The notes under the pieces: model-generated
Told to the model about the DNA's origin: nothing
The model's input: only the letters and a program-made list of their open reading frames with translations
Databases searched by the model: none
IMG/VR virus record: IMGVR_UViG_3300042946_000144
Span: 24,332 to 88,331 of that record
Strand: one strand, 5' to 3'
DNA length: 64,000 nt
From: a virus
Lineage: Duplodnaviria; Heunggongvirae; Uroviricota; Caudoviricetes
Translations under genes and position numbers: made by a program
Part shown: one piece after another, positions 19,473 through 28,749 of the stretch
How positions within the stretch are numbered: position 1 is the first letter of the stretch
Layout of the letters: every line of letters begins with the position of its first letter

Positions 19473-22001
19473 TTACGGTTCAAATTGTACAGTTTTCCAA
19501 GTCGTACCATTGTGTATCTTAAGTTTGTTAACTGCAGAATTGTAATAAATATCACCAGCACTTCCAGAAGATGGATCGGTTGCTCTTGGTTGAAGACGCA
19601 TTACATCATTTATATGAAGTGGTCTTTGCGGATCAGAATTGTTAATTCCTACATTACCATCCCATCTAATTACAAGAGGTTCAATGCTCACAGTGTTAGC
19701 ACCAAATACACTTAAAAGGTTTCCAGAAGTTTGGTTACTGTTATTTCTAAGTGAAATCGCTGTACCTGATCCTACATTCGATTGCAACCTTATTCCACCA
19801 GTGTTATTTCTAAGTATTGCTGGAGATCCTGTAAAAGCATACCCTTCCGCACTACCTGATGAAAATCTCATAAATCCACTTGTGCTAAGTTGCAAACAAC
19901 CTTGTATTGCAGCTGTACCAGAAGCATCTATTTTAATTTCACCTGTTTGGCTAATTCCTGTTGTACCCTTTCCTTGAAGTTTGATTGCATAACTATCGTT
20001 ATCAATAGCACCAGTTTCTCCTACAAATATATTACCATTAACATGTAGCTTTTCTGAAGGAGAAACTGTTCCTATACCTACATATGTACCATTGTCATAA
20101 ACTTGACTATCTCCAATTGGAGCTGTGCTATTTGTCCACTTTACAAGTTTATTTAATGTACCAGCAGGCTGATTGAAAAGTCCACCTGACAATTTATCAG
20201 AAACTACTAACGAATTATATAAACCGCCTGATAAATTACTTACGTTTATTCCATCAACTTCAAGACCTCCACCTGTAAACTTAACTTCACCGTTTACATA
20301 CAATTTGTATGTAGGACTTGCAACAGTTACATCTTCATTTATTACAAGTCTTGGAGAAGCTGCTGTAAAAACTCCGCTACCTGCAGCATTTAATGAAACT
20401 GCACCGTCTGGGTGAATAGTTAATATGTTTTCTACACTATCTACAAGTGTTCCAACAGCTGAATCTCTTGTTACAAAATTATTAGATAGTGTTGAATTTA
20501 TTAGAGAGGTTTCATTTACAAATCTAGATTCTGCAAACAAACATTCTCCTGAATATGAAGTTTGAATGTTTCCTAGATATATAGATGATCTATCAGACCC
20601 TGGTGTGGATCCTTCATTATATATACCAAATACAGCTTCGCCAGTTTGATCAGATACAGTAAGTGTTTCAATTGGAAAATCCATAGAACCAGGCAATCCA
20701 ATATGAACAGCATATTTTGCTGCTGTAATCTTAGATGTATCATTAAATATTCCAACTGAACTTCCTATTGATGTAACTGCAGAGTCTACAAGAGAAGTTC
20801 CTAATGGACTACTCCATGCTGTTAGTCTATTTGGAGTTCCAGAACCAATTGAATTAGGAATTGTAATATTTCCAGATGTATCTGCAAATGTTCCATTCAC
20901 AGATAATGCTAGAGTTTGGAAAGAAGAAGGAGCTGATGGTAAATACATTGTCTGATTTCCTGATTGGGATAAAAGCGTATTTGTATACCCAGGACCATTA
21001 AATGTAATTCTATCAAACTCGCATGTTGTATAACTTGTTCCTACTTGAACAATGATTTTATTACTGGTTCCAAGTTGTATAATTCCACCACTAGTAGTAT
21101 TAGATATATAGATGTTTCCACTTTGTATATATGTTAATGAATCTCCTAAAGTGTTTTGGACGTTTATTTGATATCCTGTAACTGTGTTAGCCCCTACTCC
21201 AGAGGACACAACTTGTTGTAATGTTGGAACAGATGGTGTAAATGTTGTAAGGTATTCAGTGAGTGCTTTTACGGATGGGTATTTTGCATCATTATTAGGA
21301 TCAGAAGTTATACCAGAACCACTTAAAACTCTATTTGCACTGTTCTCTGGAATAAATCCTAGTCCTGTATCAAGAATATCCCAATCAGCATCAGTTGTTG
21401 GAGATGGACTATCTATAAGAGCTCTTACGCTAGCACCAATTGCAACAGCTGTTGTTCCTAAGTAACCAGCAGATCTGATATACCACAAATCACCTTTGAG
21501 AATAGCTCCAGCAGGACCACTTCCTCCTGTTGTAGGGTAGGCTCCTGGAGAAGTAGATGATGGAGAAAAACTTCCTCTATCATCCAATAGACCAGCAGCA
21601 ACACTGTCTGCATATGTCTTAACTGCTTTTACAGATGGATATTTTACATCACTTGCTTGATCTGTGATAACATCTGTAGAAATATTTGTTGTAAGCTGTG
21701 TAGGAGTTGTTACAGCAATAGTTGGATTTGTAGCACTTCCTGATACAGAAATACCAGTTCCTTGTGTAATAGATGTCACTCCGCCAGTAGCTGTTTTAGC
21801 AATAAGATCACCATCAGCTATACCATCATTAAACCAATATTCTACAACAGGATTTGTACCAATCCCTACAGTTAGTCCAATATATCTCTGACCAGAAGGA
21901 ATTGCTGCAAGTGCTGCTCCTGTATTAGCATATGGACCAAACCTAGAATCAACAGGTTTTTGAGCACTTACATTTATATTATCATTAAACGTGATAGCCA
22001 T
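19473..22001 (-). CDS. tail fiber protein (842 aa), paralog A
   Basis: N-terminus MAITFNDNINVSAQKPVDSRFGPY...RYIGLTVG is shared with the 493-aa fiber. Long beta-rich S/T/G/N composition. Confidence 0.65.
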   Translation of the reverse strand: MAITFNDNINVSAQKPVDSRFGPYANTGAALAAIPSGQRYIGLTVGIGTNPVVEYWFNDGIADGDLIAKTATGGVTSITQGTGISVSGSATNPTIAVTTPTQLTTNISTDVITDQASDVKYPSVKAVKTYADSVAAGLLDDRGSFSPSSTSPGAYPTTGGSGPAGAILKGDLWYIRSAGYLGTTAVAIGASVRALIDSPSPTTDADWDILDTGLGFIPENSANRVLSGSGITSDPNNDAKYPSVKALTEYLTTFTPSVPTLQQVVSSGVGANTVTGYQINVQNTLGDSLTYIQSGNIYISNTTSGGIIQLGTSNKIIVQVGTSYTTCEFDRITFNGPGYTNTLLSQSGNQTMYLPSAPSSFQTLALSVNGTFADTSGNITIPNSIGSGTPNRLTAWSSPLGTSLVDSAVTSIGSSVGIFNDTSKITAAKYAVHIGLPGSMDFPIETLTVSDQTGEAVFGIYNEGSTPGSDRSSIYLGNIQTSYSGECLFAESRFVNETSLINSTLSNNFVTRDSAVGTLVDSVENILTIHPDGAVSLNAAGSGVFTAASPRLVINEDVTVASPTYKLYVNGEVKFTGGGLEVDGINVSNLSGGLYNSLVVSDKLSGGLFNQPAGTLNKLVKWTNSTAPIGDSQVYDNGTYVGIGTVSPSEKLHVNGNIFVGETGAIDNDSYAIKLQGKGTTGISQTGEIKIDASGTAAIQGCLQLSTSGFMRFSSGSAEGYAFTGSPAILRNNTGGIRLQSNVGSGTAISLRNNSNQTSGNLLSVFGANTVSIEPLVIRWDGNVGINNSDPQRPLHINDVMRLQPRATDPSSGSAGDIYYNSAVNKLKIHNGTTWKTVQFEP

Positions 22002-22041
22002 TTTATAATTTTGTTAGTTTAATTTTAAAATATGTTACAAG

Positions 22042-23550
22042 TTATGGCTGTCCAGGAATTGATGTATTATCAAATCTAATACTGTTCATTGCTGTTTCAT
22101 AATCTGTAATGTAAAACTTATAGGAAATATTACTCCAAAGAGGAGTTCCTCCAGGTGCTGTTACATTTTGTGTGTAAGGAGATCCTAAGAAAGGTCCTGT
22201 TGGATTTGTAAAGTTTCCTTTGTTATTTGGATTATTTGTATCTTGCCATGAAAGCTTTGTGTTATCTGGAGTGTTTGATACAGGAATAGCAATCCAGCAC
22301 CAGTATTGTGTAGAACCACTATTGAAATTCACTGTAACAGATCCTAACGAGCTAGCAAGAACCTTGTTAACACCTGCATCATTAGCTTGAATCAATCCAG
22401 CAATAACTCCTGCTGTAGGTTGAGAACCTCCAAGAATCTTTCCATAATAGTAAGGATAGGTTCCTTTAAACGATTGTGTAGGAGTTGATATAGTTCCACC
22501 TGCTTGTGGTGTGTTTGTTGTATTTCCTGGAGTTCTAGTATCGTTCTGATTGTAACTTGTTTTCTTAGGAAGACCAGCATTATATGTTCCAGACACACTC
22601 AATGAAACTTCTGTTTCGATTCCACCTGCAGGAGGATTAGGTATTGTGAACGGTGCTGATATGTTTCCTTGATATATATTATTAGGGTTGTTTGGATCTG
22701 GGAAAGTGAATTGATCAGGAAGTGTAGAACCTGTTCCAATTACAGGGGCTGCTGTTCCAATTTGATAGAGAGATCCTCCGTTCACAGTTCTTGAGAACAA
22801 GAAACTTACAAATGCACCAGCATTGTTTTTTGTTCCTGTACCATTAGCTGTTAAAGTTATTGTAGATCCAATCTCCTGATATACAGTTAAGCTAGAAGGA
22901 GAAGAAATTGATAACGATATTGTCGGAAGTGCGTATGTAGGAAGTTGCAAGGGGAATAAGATTCTATCAAGTACCTCAACCAGCGTTAATTGTTTCCAAT
23001 TAGCAGCAGTGTCTGGAGTGGCACCACCAACAAGAATTGAAATTGCAGAATCAGGAACTTGTGTGTTATATAATGTTGATAAATTTGTTTCTTCTGCGTT
23101 TGTCCAAACCAAACCTACGTTGTCTTCAAGAGTTATGTTTTTTCCTAAAGATGTTGGTGGGTATTTCTTAACAACACCTAGAGAGTCAACTACTAATATG
23201 TAATCAGGCTCAGAACTTTGTGTTGGAAGGTTTGTAATAGACAAAGATTTGCCATTGGTATTCAGAATAGTTGGAGAAGAAAGAATTCCTCCAAATCTAA
23301 TATCATCACCAACTTTTGTTAGACCATTACTCGCAGTAACTGTAACCTGAACCTGTGAAATGGCATTATCAAGCTTTTCTATAGCAAGACAAAGATTGTT
23401 TAGATTCTCAATACCTGAATTTGGAAGAGCAGGTCCGCAATATAATATAGTGTCACAACAATTACTACCACTGCCACTTCCACCACTAGATGGACTGTTG
23501 CAAGGATCTATATAAGTGCCATAACAAGGATTTCCAGGAAGACAAGACAT
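22042..23550 (-). CDS. tail fiber-like protein (502 aa), Cys-rich N-terminus
   Basis: MSCLPGNPCYGTYIDPCNSP...; contains NGLTKVGDDIRFGGIL motif shared with the 493-aa fiber. Confidence 0.5.
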   Translation of the reverse strand: MSCLPGNPCYGTYIDPCNSPSSGGSGSGSNCCDTILYCGPALPNSGIENLNNLCLAIEKLDNAISQVQVTVTASNGLTKVGDDIRFGGILSSPTILNTNGKSLSITNLPTQSSEPDYILVVDSLGVVKKYPPTSLGKNITLEDNVGLVWTNAEETNLSTLYNTQVPDSAISILVGGATPDTAANWKQLTLVEVLDRILFPLQLPTYALPTISLSISSPSSLTVYQEIGSTITLTANGTGTKNNAGAFVSFLFSRTVNGGSLYQIGTAAPVIGTGSTLPDQFTFPDPNNPNNIYQGNISAPFTIPNPPAGGIETEVSLSVSGTYNAGLPKKTSYNQNDTRTPGNTTNTPQAGGTISTPTQSFKGTYPYYYGKILGGSQPTAGVIAGLIQANDAGVNKVLASSLGSVTVNFNSGSTQYWCWIAIPVSNTPDNTKLSWQDTNNPNNKGNFTNPTGPFLGSPYTQNVTAPGGTPLWSNISYKFYITDYETAMNSIRFDNTSIPGQP

Positions 23551-23570
23551 ATATTAATTTATTTAAAAGA

Positions 23571-24662
23571 TTATGGAATGTACATTATGTAATAGCAACC
23601 AATTCCAGGTTGATAGTTGTTGTGTGGAACATCTCCACCAGATGGAGCATTTGTAACAGCTACAGTTAATGTTGTTGGTTCTGTAAGAGTTCCGCTTTGT
23701 GTTCCAACTGTAGTTGCAGAAATGTGATTACCGCTTGAGTTTGTTCCAGCATATTCCTGAACTGTGTGTGTATGAGGATTTGGAGATACATTAGCTGCAG
23801 CTACGTGCGTGTGAGAAGGCATGTTGTCTGTGCTAAGAGCCACTCTATTTGTTCCAACAATTCCACCATTGTATATGTATGTAGGATTTCCTGTTGTTGC
23901 TGGATTTACAAGAACATTCATTGTTCCTCCAAGCATTGTTCCATCTGTAACACCTACAGCTACAACACCTCTTTTGTCTGGGGTTCCGTTTAAACCATTG
24001 CAAAGATATACCTTTTCCCAATTAGTTCCTGCAATACCTTTTCCTGTACTATCAAAATTATTTAAAGTTCCAGGAGTTGGATAGAATTCCATAGCTACGT
24101 ATGGAACCATCTTTGTGTAATACTTTGTAGAAGTTCCTTGTTCTTGTAGATATTGTCCAATCAATATAGGTAACTCGGTAACTGTTACATAAGTTACACC
24201 AACGTCTTCAACAAACTGACAAAATGCTTCGATTACATTTTGTAAAACTTGGTGCGTTGTTGAGCTTGCTGTTAAACCCTCTAAACAAGAAGGAATTGCG
24301 TAAGGTGAATTTATCTCGTCGAGCTCTGTGTTTATACTTGTGATTGATCCATTTATTGTTGTTATCTGAGCTTGCAAAGAACAAACAGACTTTACAAGAG
24401 CATTCAGAATATCAACTACACTAAGGTTTCCACACGTTGGAAGATTAGATGTTACAAGCTCACATAAATCTAATTGAGTTTTGTCAATTATGATTCCACT
24501 ACCATCTAAAGTGGATGTTAAAAACCCTATCAACGCTTGCTCTACATATGATAGGGAATCTCCAGTTTTAATACCTAGAACAGGAATATCAATACCTGTA
24601 TATCTTACGCATTGGTCAGATGTAATTTGCACACATCCGTTGTAGCAATTTGAGCAGCTCAT
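23571..24662 (-). CDS. tail fiber protein with C-terminal phage-tail-collar (MdpB-like) domain
   Basis: C-terminus NMPSHTHVAAANVSPNPHTHTV...GGDVPHNNYQPGIGCYYIMYIP matches the tail-collar HxH repeats and the N(M/Y)QPY...I ending. N-terminus MSCSNCYNGC. Confidence 0.65.
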   Translation of the reverse strand: MSCSNCYNGCVQITSDQCVRYTGIDIPVLGIKTGDSLSYVEQALIGFLTSTLDGSGIIIDKTQLDLCELVTSNLPTCGNLSVVDILNALVKSVCSLQAQITTINGSITSINTELDEINSPYAIPSCLEGLTASSTTHQVLQNVIEAFCQFVEDVGVTYVTVTELPILIGQYLQEQGTSTKYYTKMVPYVAMEFYPTPGTLNNFDSTGKGIAGTNWEKVYLCNGLNGTPDKRGVVAVGVTDGTMLGGTMNVLVNPATTGNPTYIYNGGIVGTNRVALSTDNMPSHTHVAAANVSPNPHTHTVQEYAGTNSSGNHISATTVGTQSGTLTEPTTLTVAVTNAPSGGDVPHNNYQPGIGCYYIMYIP

Positions 24663-24929
24663 TTATCTGTGTTTTAAAAGTTTAATTCTACTTGCAATTT
24701 GATTCACTGAATAGCATTCTGCATAGTCAGAGTTGCAAAGCTTATATGTAAGAATTCGTTTGTAATTCAAAAGATCCATCATCAATGTTCCATCAAAAGG
24801 TTTGTTTAGAGAAAATATAACATTGTTATATTGAATCCTTGCCATCTTTGCAAGCTTCTCATCGATCTCACAAAGAAGAGACGATATATCAGAACATTGT
24901 AAACATTCTCCAAGTCTTGGTGATAACAT
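24663..24929 (-). CDS. hypothetical Cys-containing small protein (88 aa)
   Basis: ORF abutting the fiber gene. Confidence 0.4.
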   Translation of the reverse strand: MLSPRLGECLQCSDISSLLCEIDEKLAKMARIQYNNVIFSLNKPFDGTLMMDLLNYKRILTYKLCNSDYAECYSVNQIASRIKLLKHR

Positions 24930-25041
24930 TTTTTATTCGTTTTACTCCTTTAGATGCAGCTGCATGACATGCTGCACAAAGGCCATTAGTTAATTGACAT
25001 CCACAGCCAAACTTAGCTCCGCAGTTTCTACATTGTGCCAT
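24889..25041 (-). CDS. small Cys-rich peptide (50 aa, zinc-ribbon-like)
   Basis: Manual translation MAQCRNCGAKFGCGCQLTNGLCAACHAAASKGVKRIKN... (CxxC..CxC..CxxCH). Below the ORF-track cutoff. The 3' end overlaps the next gene. Confidence 0.25.
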   Translation of the reverse strand: MAQCRNCGAKFGCGCQLTNGLCAACHAAASKGVKRIKNVITKTWRMFTMF

Positions 25042-25044
25042 ATA

Positions 25045-25605
25045 TTAATAAAAGTTGGTTACGTAGTTATTTCCAGAACAGTTACATCCACCATTGATGA
25101 AATTGGTTAACATCTTGTCAGCCTGATTGTACAATCTGTTAGCTTCCATAACAGCACAATTGTTAGCTGCAGCAACTGCTCCTTGTATAAAGAAGTATAT
25201 ACTATTTAGTGTCACCTTAGCTTGTGTTTTAATAGCCATATCACACTCCATCATATCAAGTCTCATGAAAGCACTATCAAACTTCTCTTGAAGCTGATCA
25301 ACACGCATTATAGATTTCTCAACAAAGTTGATGTATGAAGGAGCAATGCTATACTTCAAAAAGTAAACACCATCTGGAATAGGAGTAGTAGCATATGTAG
25401 GATCTGTTATTCCTAATGATGCTGAATTAAATACGTTTGTTGTATTTATAGTGAATGGAAGAAACACTGTACCAAACCCATTAGGGATTGTAATCTCAAT
25501 CGTTGGAGCAGAGGGTTCTGTAGGATATGTAGAAATATCCTTGATAGACAACAACCTGGTGTCATAAGTAGGAACTACAATTATATCTAAATTTAAATCT
25601 GCCAT
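25045..25605 (-). CDS. hypothetical structural protein (186 aa)
   Basis: ORF; C-terminus GGCNCSGNNY. Confidence 0.5.
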   Translation of the reverse strand: MADLNLDIIVVPTYDTRLLSIKDISTYPTEPSAPTIEITIPNGFGTVFLPFTINTTNVFNSASLGITDPTYATTPIPDGVYFLKYSIAPSYINFVEKSIMRVDQLQEKFDSAFMRLDMMECDMAIKTQAKVTLNSIYFFIQGAVAAANNCAVMEANRLYNQADKMLTNFINGGCNCSGNNYVTNFY

Positions 25606-25689
25606 GTTGTTTAAAATAATTATGCCAGAGGATTTTGAGAATATCCTCTCTCACCCTCTGGCATAGGTTATATGATTCTACTTTCTATC

Positions 25690-26865
25690 TTACGGGATCA
25701 AAGTAGTTGTTGTTGAGGTAGTAGGCCATACAGTGGTAGTGGTTGTGGTAGTTGTTACACAATCATTATCACCATCGACTGTACCAAGTGCAGCTTCAAG
25801 AATTGCTTCAACTGCAGCAGGCAATCCACCAGTTTGAGGAACAGCAATGATTACCATTGAGTCTTCCTTGATGTAGTCACCCCAAGAATATACAGACTTG
25901 TCATACTCATTGAACTTAACGTAGTAGGTATCATAAGTTGTACCATCACTAACCCAAGATTCAAAGTTTTCGTTGTAACCAACCATTCTGTACAAATGCT
26001 TCAAGTAACCAGCTTGGTAGCTATAGTAGTTTTTCTCAAGCTGTTGCATCTCTTTAGATGTACCGCTAGGATAAGAAGAACGTTGAGTGATTGTAGCATC
26101 AGCAACAATGTTACAGTTATCAGCCACGATGAAGTCAGCTGTGGTAGCTGGACCACTGTATACGAATGTACGGAACCACATACGGTCATACTCCCAAGGG
26201 AATGCAGCAACGTCACAAGGTTGTCCGTAAGCTGTTAAAGCTTTACCAGAGATAACCAATTCAGCATTTGCGTCATCACCAACTCTTTGGAATTGGAAGA
26301 AATTGTTCAAGCTAATGTTATCAGGATTGATACCAGGAGCTTGTTGTTGCAACTTCAAAACGAAAGCATCGATCAAAGCAGGAACATCAACAGTGTCACA
26401 AGGATCACCACCACAATCGCAGCAAGGAGCCTGAACAGTTACTGAACGAGTGAGACCATTGAAATACAATGTGTCAATGTAGCTAGAATGAGCACGTAAT
26501 GTCAAAGTTACAACATCACCGCATTTTACATTCCATCCAGAAACCTTAGTTATCTGGTTTGCTGGAGTAGGACATCCAGACACTTTGTACCATTCGGTTA
26601 CATTTGTTCCATTTCCAGCATTGTTCTTACCAGAAATTTTGTCAGAACGCTTAGATCCTTGCAAATAGGTGTTTGTTCTACCTTGAGCAACATAGAAATA
26701 AGGAGCAGCAGCAATAGTACCTGAAGCCAAGCAAGTGTAAGGACCACTAGCACCTTGACCAAAGAAACCAACTTTACCAGCTGTCAAATCTTGCGTAGAA
26801 CCGCTATTGGCAATAGTTGAGCCAACAGGCACTACGAAGAGCGTAGTTAATGAAAAATCAGCCAT
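25690..26865 (-). CDS. major structural protein candidate (391 aa) with C-terminal poly-Thr tail
   Basis: ORF; C-terminus DCVTTTTTTTTVWPTTSTTTTLIP. Confidence 0.5.
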   Translation of the reverse strand: MADFSLTTLFVVPVGSTIANSGSTQDLTAGKVGFFGQGASGPYTCLASGTIAAAPYFYVAQGRTNTYLQGSKRSDKISGKNNAGNGTNVTEWYKVSGCPTPANQITKVSGWNVKCGDVVTLTLRAHSSYIDTLYFNGLTRSVTVQAPCCDCGGDPCDTVDVPALIDAFVLKLQQQAPGINPDNISLNNFFQFQRVGDDANAELVISGKALTAYGQPCDVAAFPWEYDRMWFRTFVYSGPATTADFIVADNCNIVADATITQRSSYPSGTSKEMQQLEKNYYSYQAGYLKHLYRMVGYNENFESWVSDGTTYDTYYVKFNEYDKSVYSWGDYIKEDSMVIIAVPQTGGLPAAVEAILEAALGTVDGDNDCVTTTTTTTTVWPTTSTTTTLIP

Positions 26866-26890
26866 TTTGTTTTATTTAAATTGTGAAAAA

Positions 26891-27619
26891 TTACTCGTTT
26901 GTTTGTATTCTCATTTGTGAACTTTGTACAGCAGCCTGATTCTCCGTGTACATAGCAAGGTTTTGTACTGTTAAATCGAGAAGCTCATCTTCGAGATATG
27001 TTTCTAATTCACAGTCTTGATCTACAGATTCTGTTCCATCAAACTTAACATATCCTTCTTTATCAATGTAAACTGGATATCTCATGTAAGAAACATACAG
27101 CTTTTTTGGGATGAATGTTCCATCTGTAAAGATTGATATCTCGTCAGAAGATAAGAAGTTGAATGTTTCTTGATACTCAAATGACGGTTTGTAATGATCG
27201 TTATTCAAGAGAAACTGAAGGTCTCCGTGTTTGGTGAGATCTCTGTTAATCCAAATCTTTCTATCTTTACATCTTCCTTTTTCAGCAATAGCGTAACTAT
27301 CAATATAGAACATGTATTTTGAAAGATTCTCAATATACCCTGTCCACTGATTAATTTGCTCGTTCTTTAAACTTATTGAAAGTTCACCATCCTTATAACC
27401 TACAACAAGCTTTTGAAGATCTTCATAACGCTTCTTGAAAGAATCCAGACCAAGTCCACTCAGTGTACTAAACCCATCAACTTTTTGTTTAATGAGCTTT
27501 ATCTGAGCTTCGTTCAAAGCTAAAATCTTATCTTCTAACTGGATCTGCTGATGGTCATTAGTAGATAGTTTATTTAGTCTTTGATCAATCTTGTACAATA
27601 AACTATCTACAGGTATCAT
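26891..27619 (-). CDS. hypothetical head-tail joining/structural protein (242 aa)
   Basis: ORF, positional. Confidence 0.45.
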   Translation of the reverse strand: MIPVDSLLYKIDQRLNKLSTNDHQQIQLEDKILALNEAQIKLIKQKVDGFSTLSGLGLDSFKKRYEDLQKLVVGYKDGELSISLKNEQINQWTGYIENLSKYMFYIDSYAIAEKGRCKDRKIWINRDLTKHGDLQFLLNNDHYKPSFEYQETFNFLSSDEISIFTDGTFIPKKLYVSYMRYPVYIDKEGYVKFDGTESVDQDCELETYLEDELLDLTVQNLAMYTENQAAVQSSQMRIQTNE

Positions 27620-28584
27620 GATGCAGCCAGTTTCTTAGTTTTTAATTTTTGTTCCAACACAATCAAATCTTCTTGATTGTCATCATCAGCTAGATATTTA
27701 ATCAATTCTTCTTCATCTCTAGCCACTTCAAACTCACCTTCATAAATCTTACCACTATTCTTAACTCTATAAACAGAGTGAGTGATAGCTTGTTTTACCA
27801 AGTCTTTAATATGGAGCAAGTTTTCTCTCATGTCAGCAAACCTATTGAACACTTCAATTGGGTTCAGTCCCTGGAATGATCCAGTTTTAAACTCAGTTTG
27901 CTTAAGGACATTATCTACTTGATTATATACCACTTCTTCTTTTGTATCATCGGTTACTGGTAATCCAAGTAAGCGAGCTACTTTCTTTCTCTTCTCAGGA
28001 GTCATTTGTTCAAACTTCAGAATAGCCTTGTTGATAAGCTGTTTCTTTTTGAACATCACTGCATTTTCAATCTCATCATCTACAACATAGAACTGAGTTT
28101 CAGCAGGATATTCACCACGCTCCCATGACTGATAAGAACTTGCAATTGTAGGATGCACACGCAACCAAGAGAATGCTAGTTCCTGAAGAGGGATGCTGAG
28201 GTCGAAATAGTTATCACCATCTAAAAGTTTTACAGACTGAACATGCATAGTGTCATCTGTAGATGTTGATAGTCCATAGTTCCAAAACTTAGAACGAGGT
28301 CCTAAATCAATTCCTCCGAGAGAGTTTTCAAGTTTGGTCTTAAGAGCTGTAACACGTTCAATTTCAAGCTCTCTTTCTGTAGGATCTTGAATTCTGCGAA
28401 TGTAAGCAGCTTCAGAATCAAGCCCTGTTCTATATCTTCCATCCAATTCCTTATAAGGATACTTAAATACCCCAGTACCAGGAATTCGTGTCATACCTTT
28501 AGAAGCTAATCCTGTTTGCATTGTCTGCAAACCAGAAGTGCTATAATCTTTCTTAATAGTAGAAATTTTTCCAATCTTGCCCAT
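27616..28584 (-). CDS. hypothetical head protein (322 aa)
   Basis: ORF immediately downstream of the MCP candidate. Confidence 0.45.
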   Translation of the reverse strand: MGKIGKISTIKKDYSTSGLQTMQTGLASKGMTRIPGTGVFKYPYKELDGRYRTGLDSEAAYIRRIQDPTERELEIERVTALKTKLENSLGGIDLGPRSKFWNYGLSTSTDDTMHVQSVKLLDGDNYFDLSIPLQELAFSWLRVHPTIASSYQSWERGEYPAETQFYVVDDEIENAVMFKKKQLINKAILKFEQMTPEKRKKVARLLGLPVTDDTKEEVVYNQVDNVLKQTEFKTGSFQGLNPIEVFNRFADMRENLLHIKDLVKQAITHSVYRVKNSGKIYEGEFEVARDEEELIKYLADDDNQEDLIVLEQKLKTKKLAAS

Positions 28585-28683
28585 ATGTAGTTGTTTATTT
28601 GGTTTGTTAGCAGAGTGATACCCATCGAAGGGATCAGCAATTGGGAATTCCCCAGTCCAATCACTCTGTAATTTGAGAAGAGC

Positions 28684-28704
28684 TCCCCCACTCTGAAGTG
28701 GGGG
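28684..28704. promoter_or_regulatory. GC-rich hairpin downstream of major capsid gene (attenuator/terminator candidate)
   Basis: CCCCCACT-CTGA-AGTGGGGG, perfect 8-bp stem in the 165-nt gap after the 517-aa gene. Confidence 0.4.
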
Positions 28705-28749
28705 GCATTCTCTTCTCGATGATATAGGTGCACATGAAGTGCACAGTTA

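Noticed and set aside
28506-28733. 75-aa minus-strand ORF between MCP and the next gene
   Set aside because: Overlaps the intergenic hairpin and the neighbouring gene start, with no supporting features. Likely spurious.
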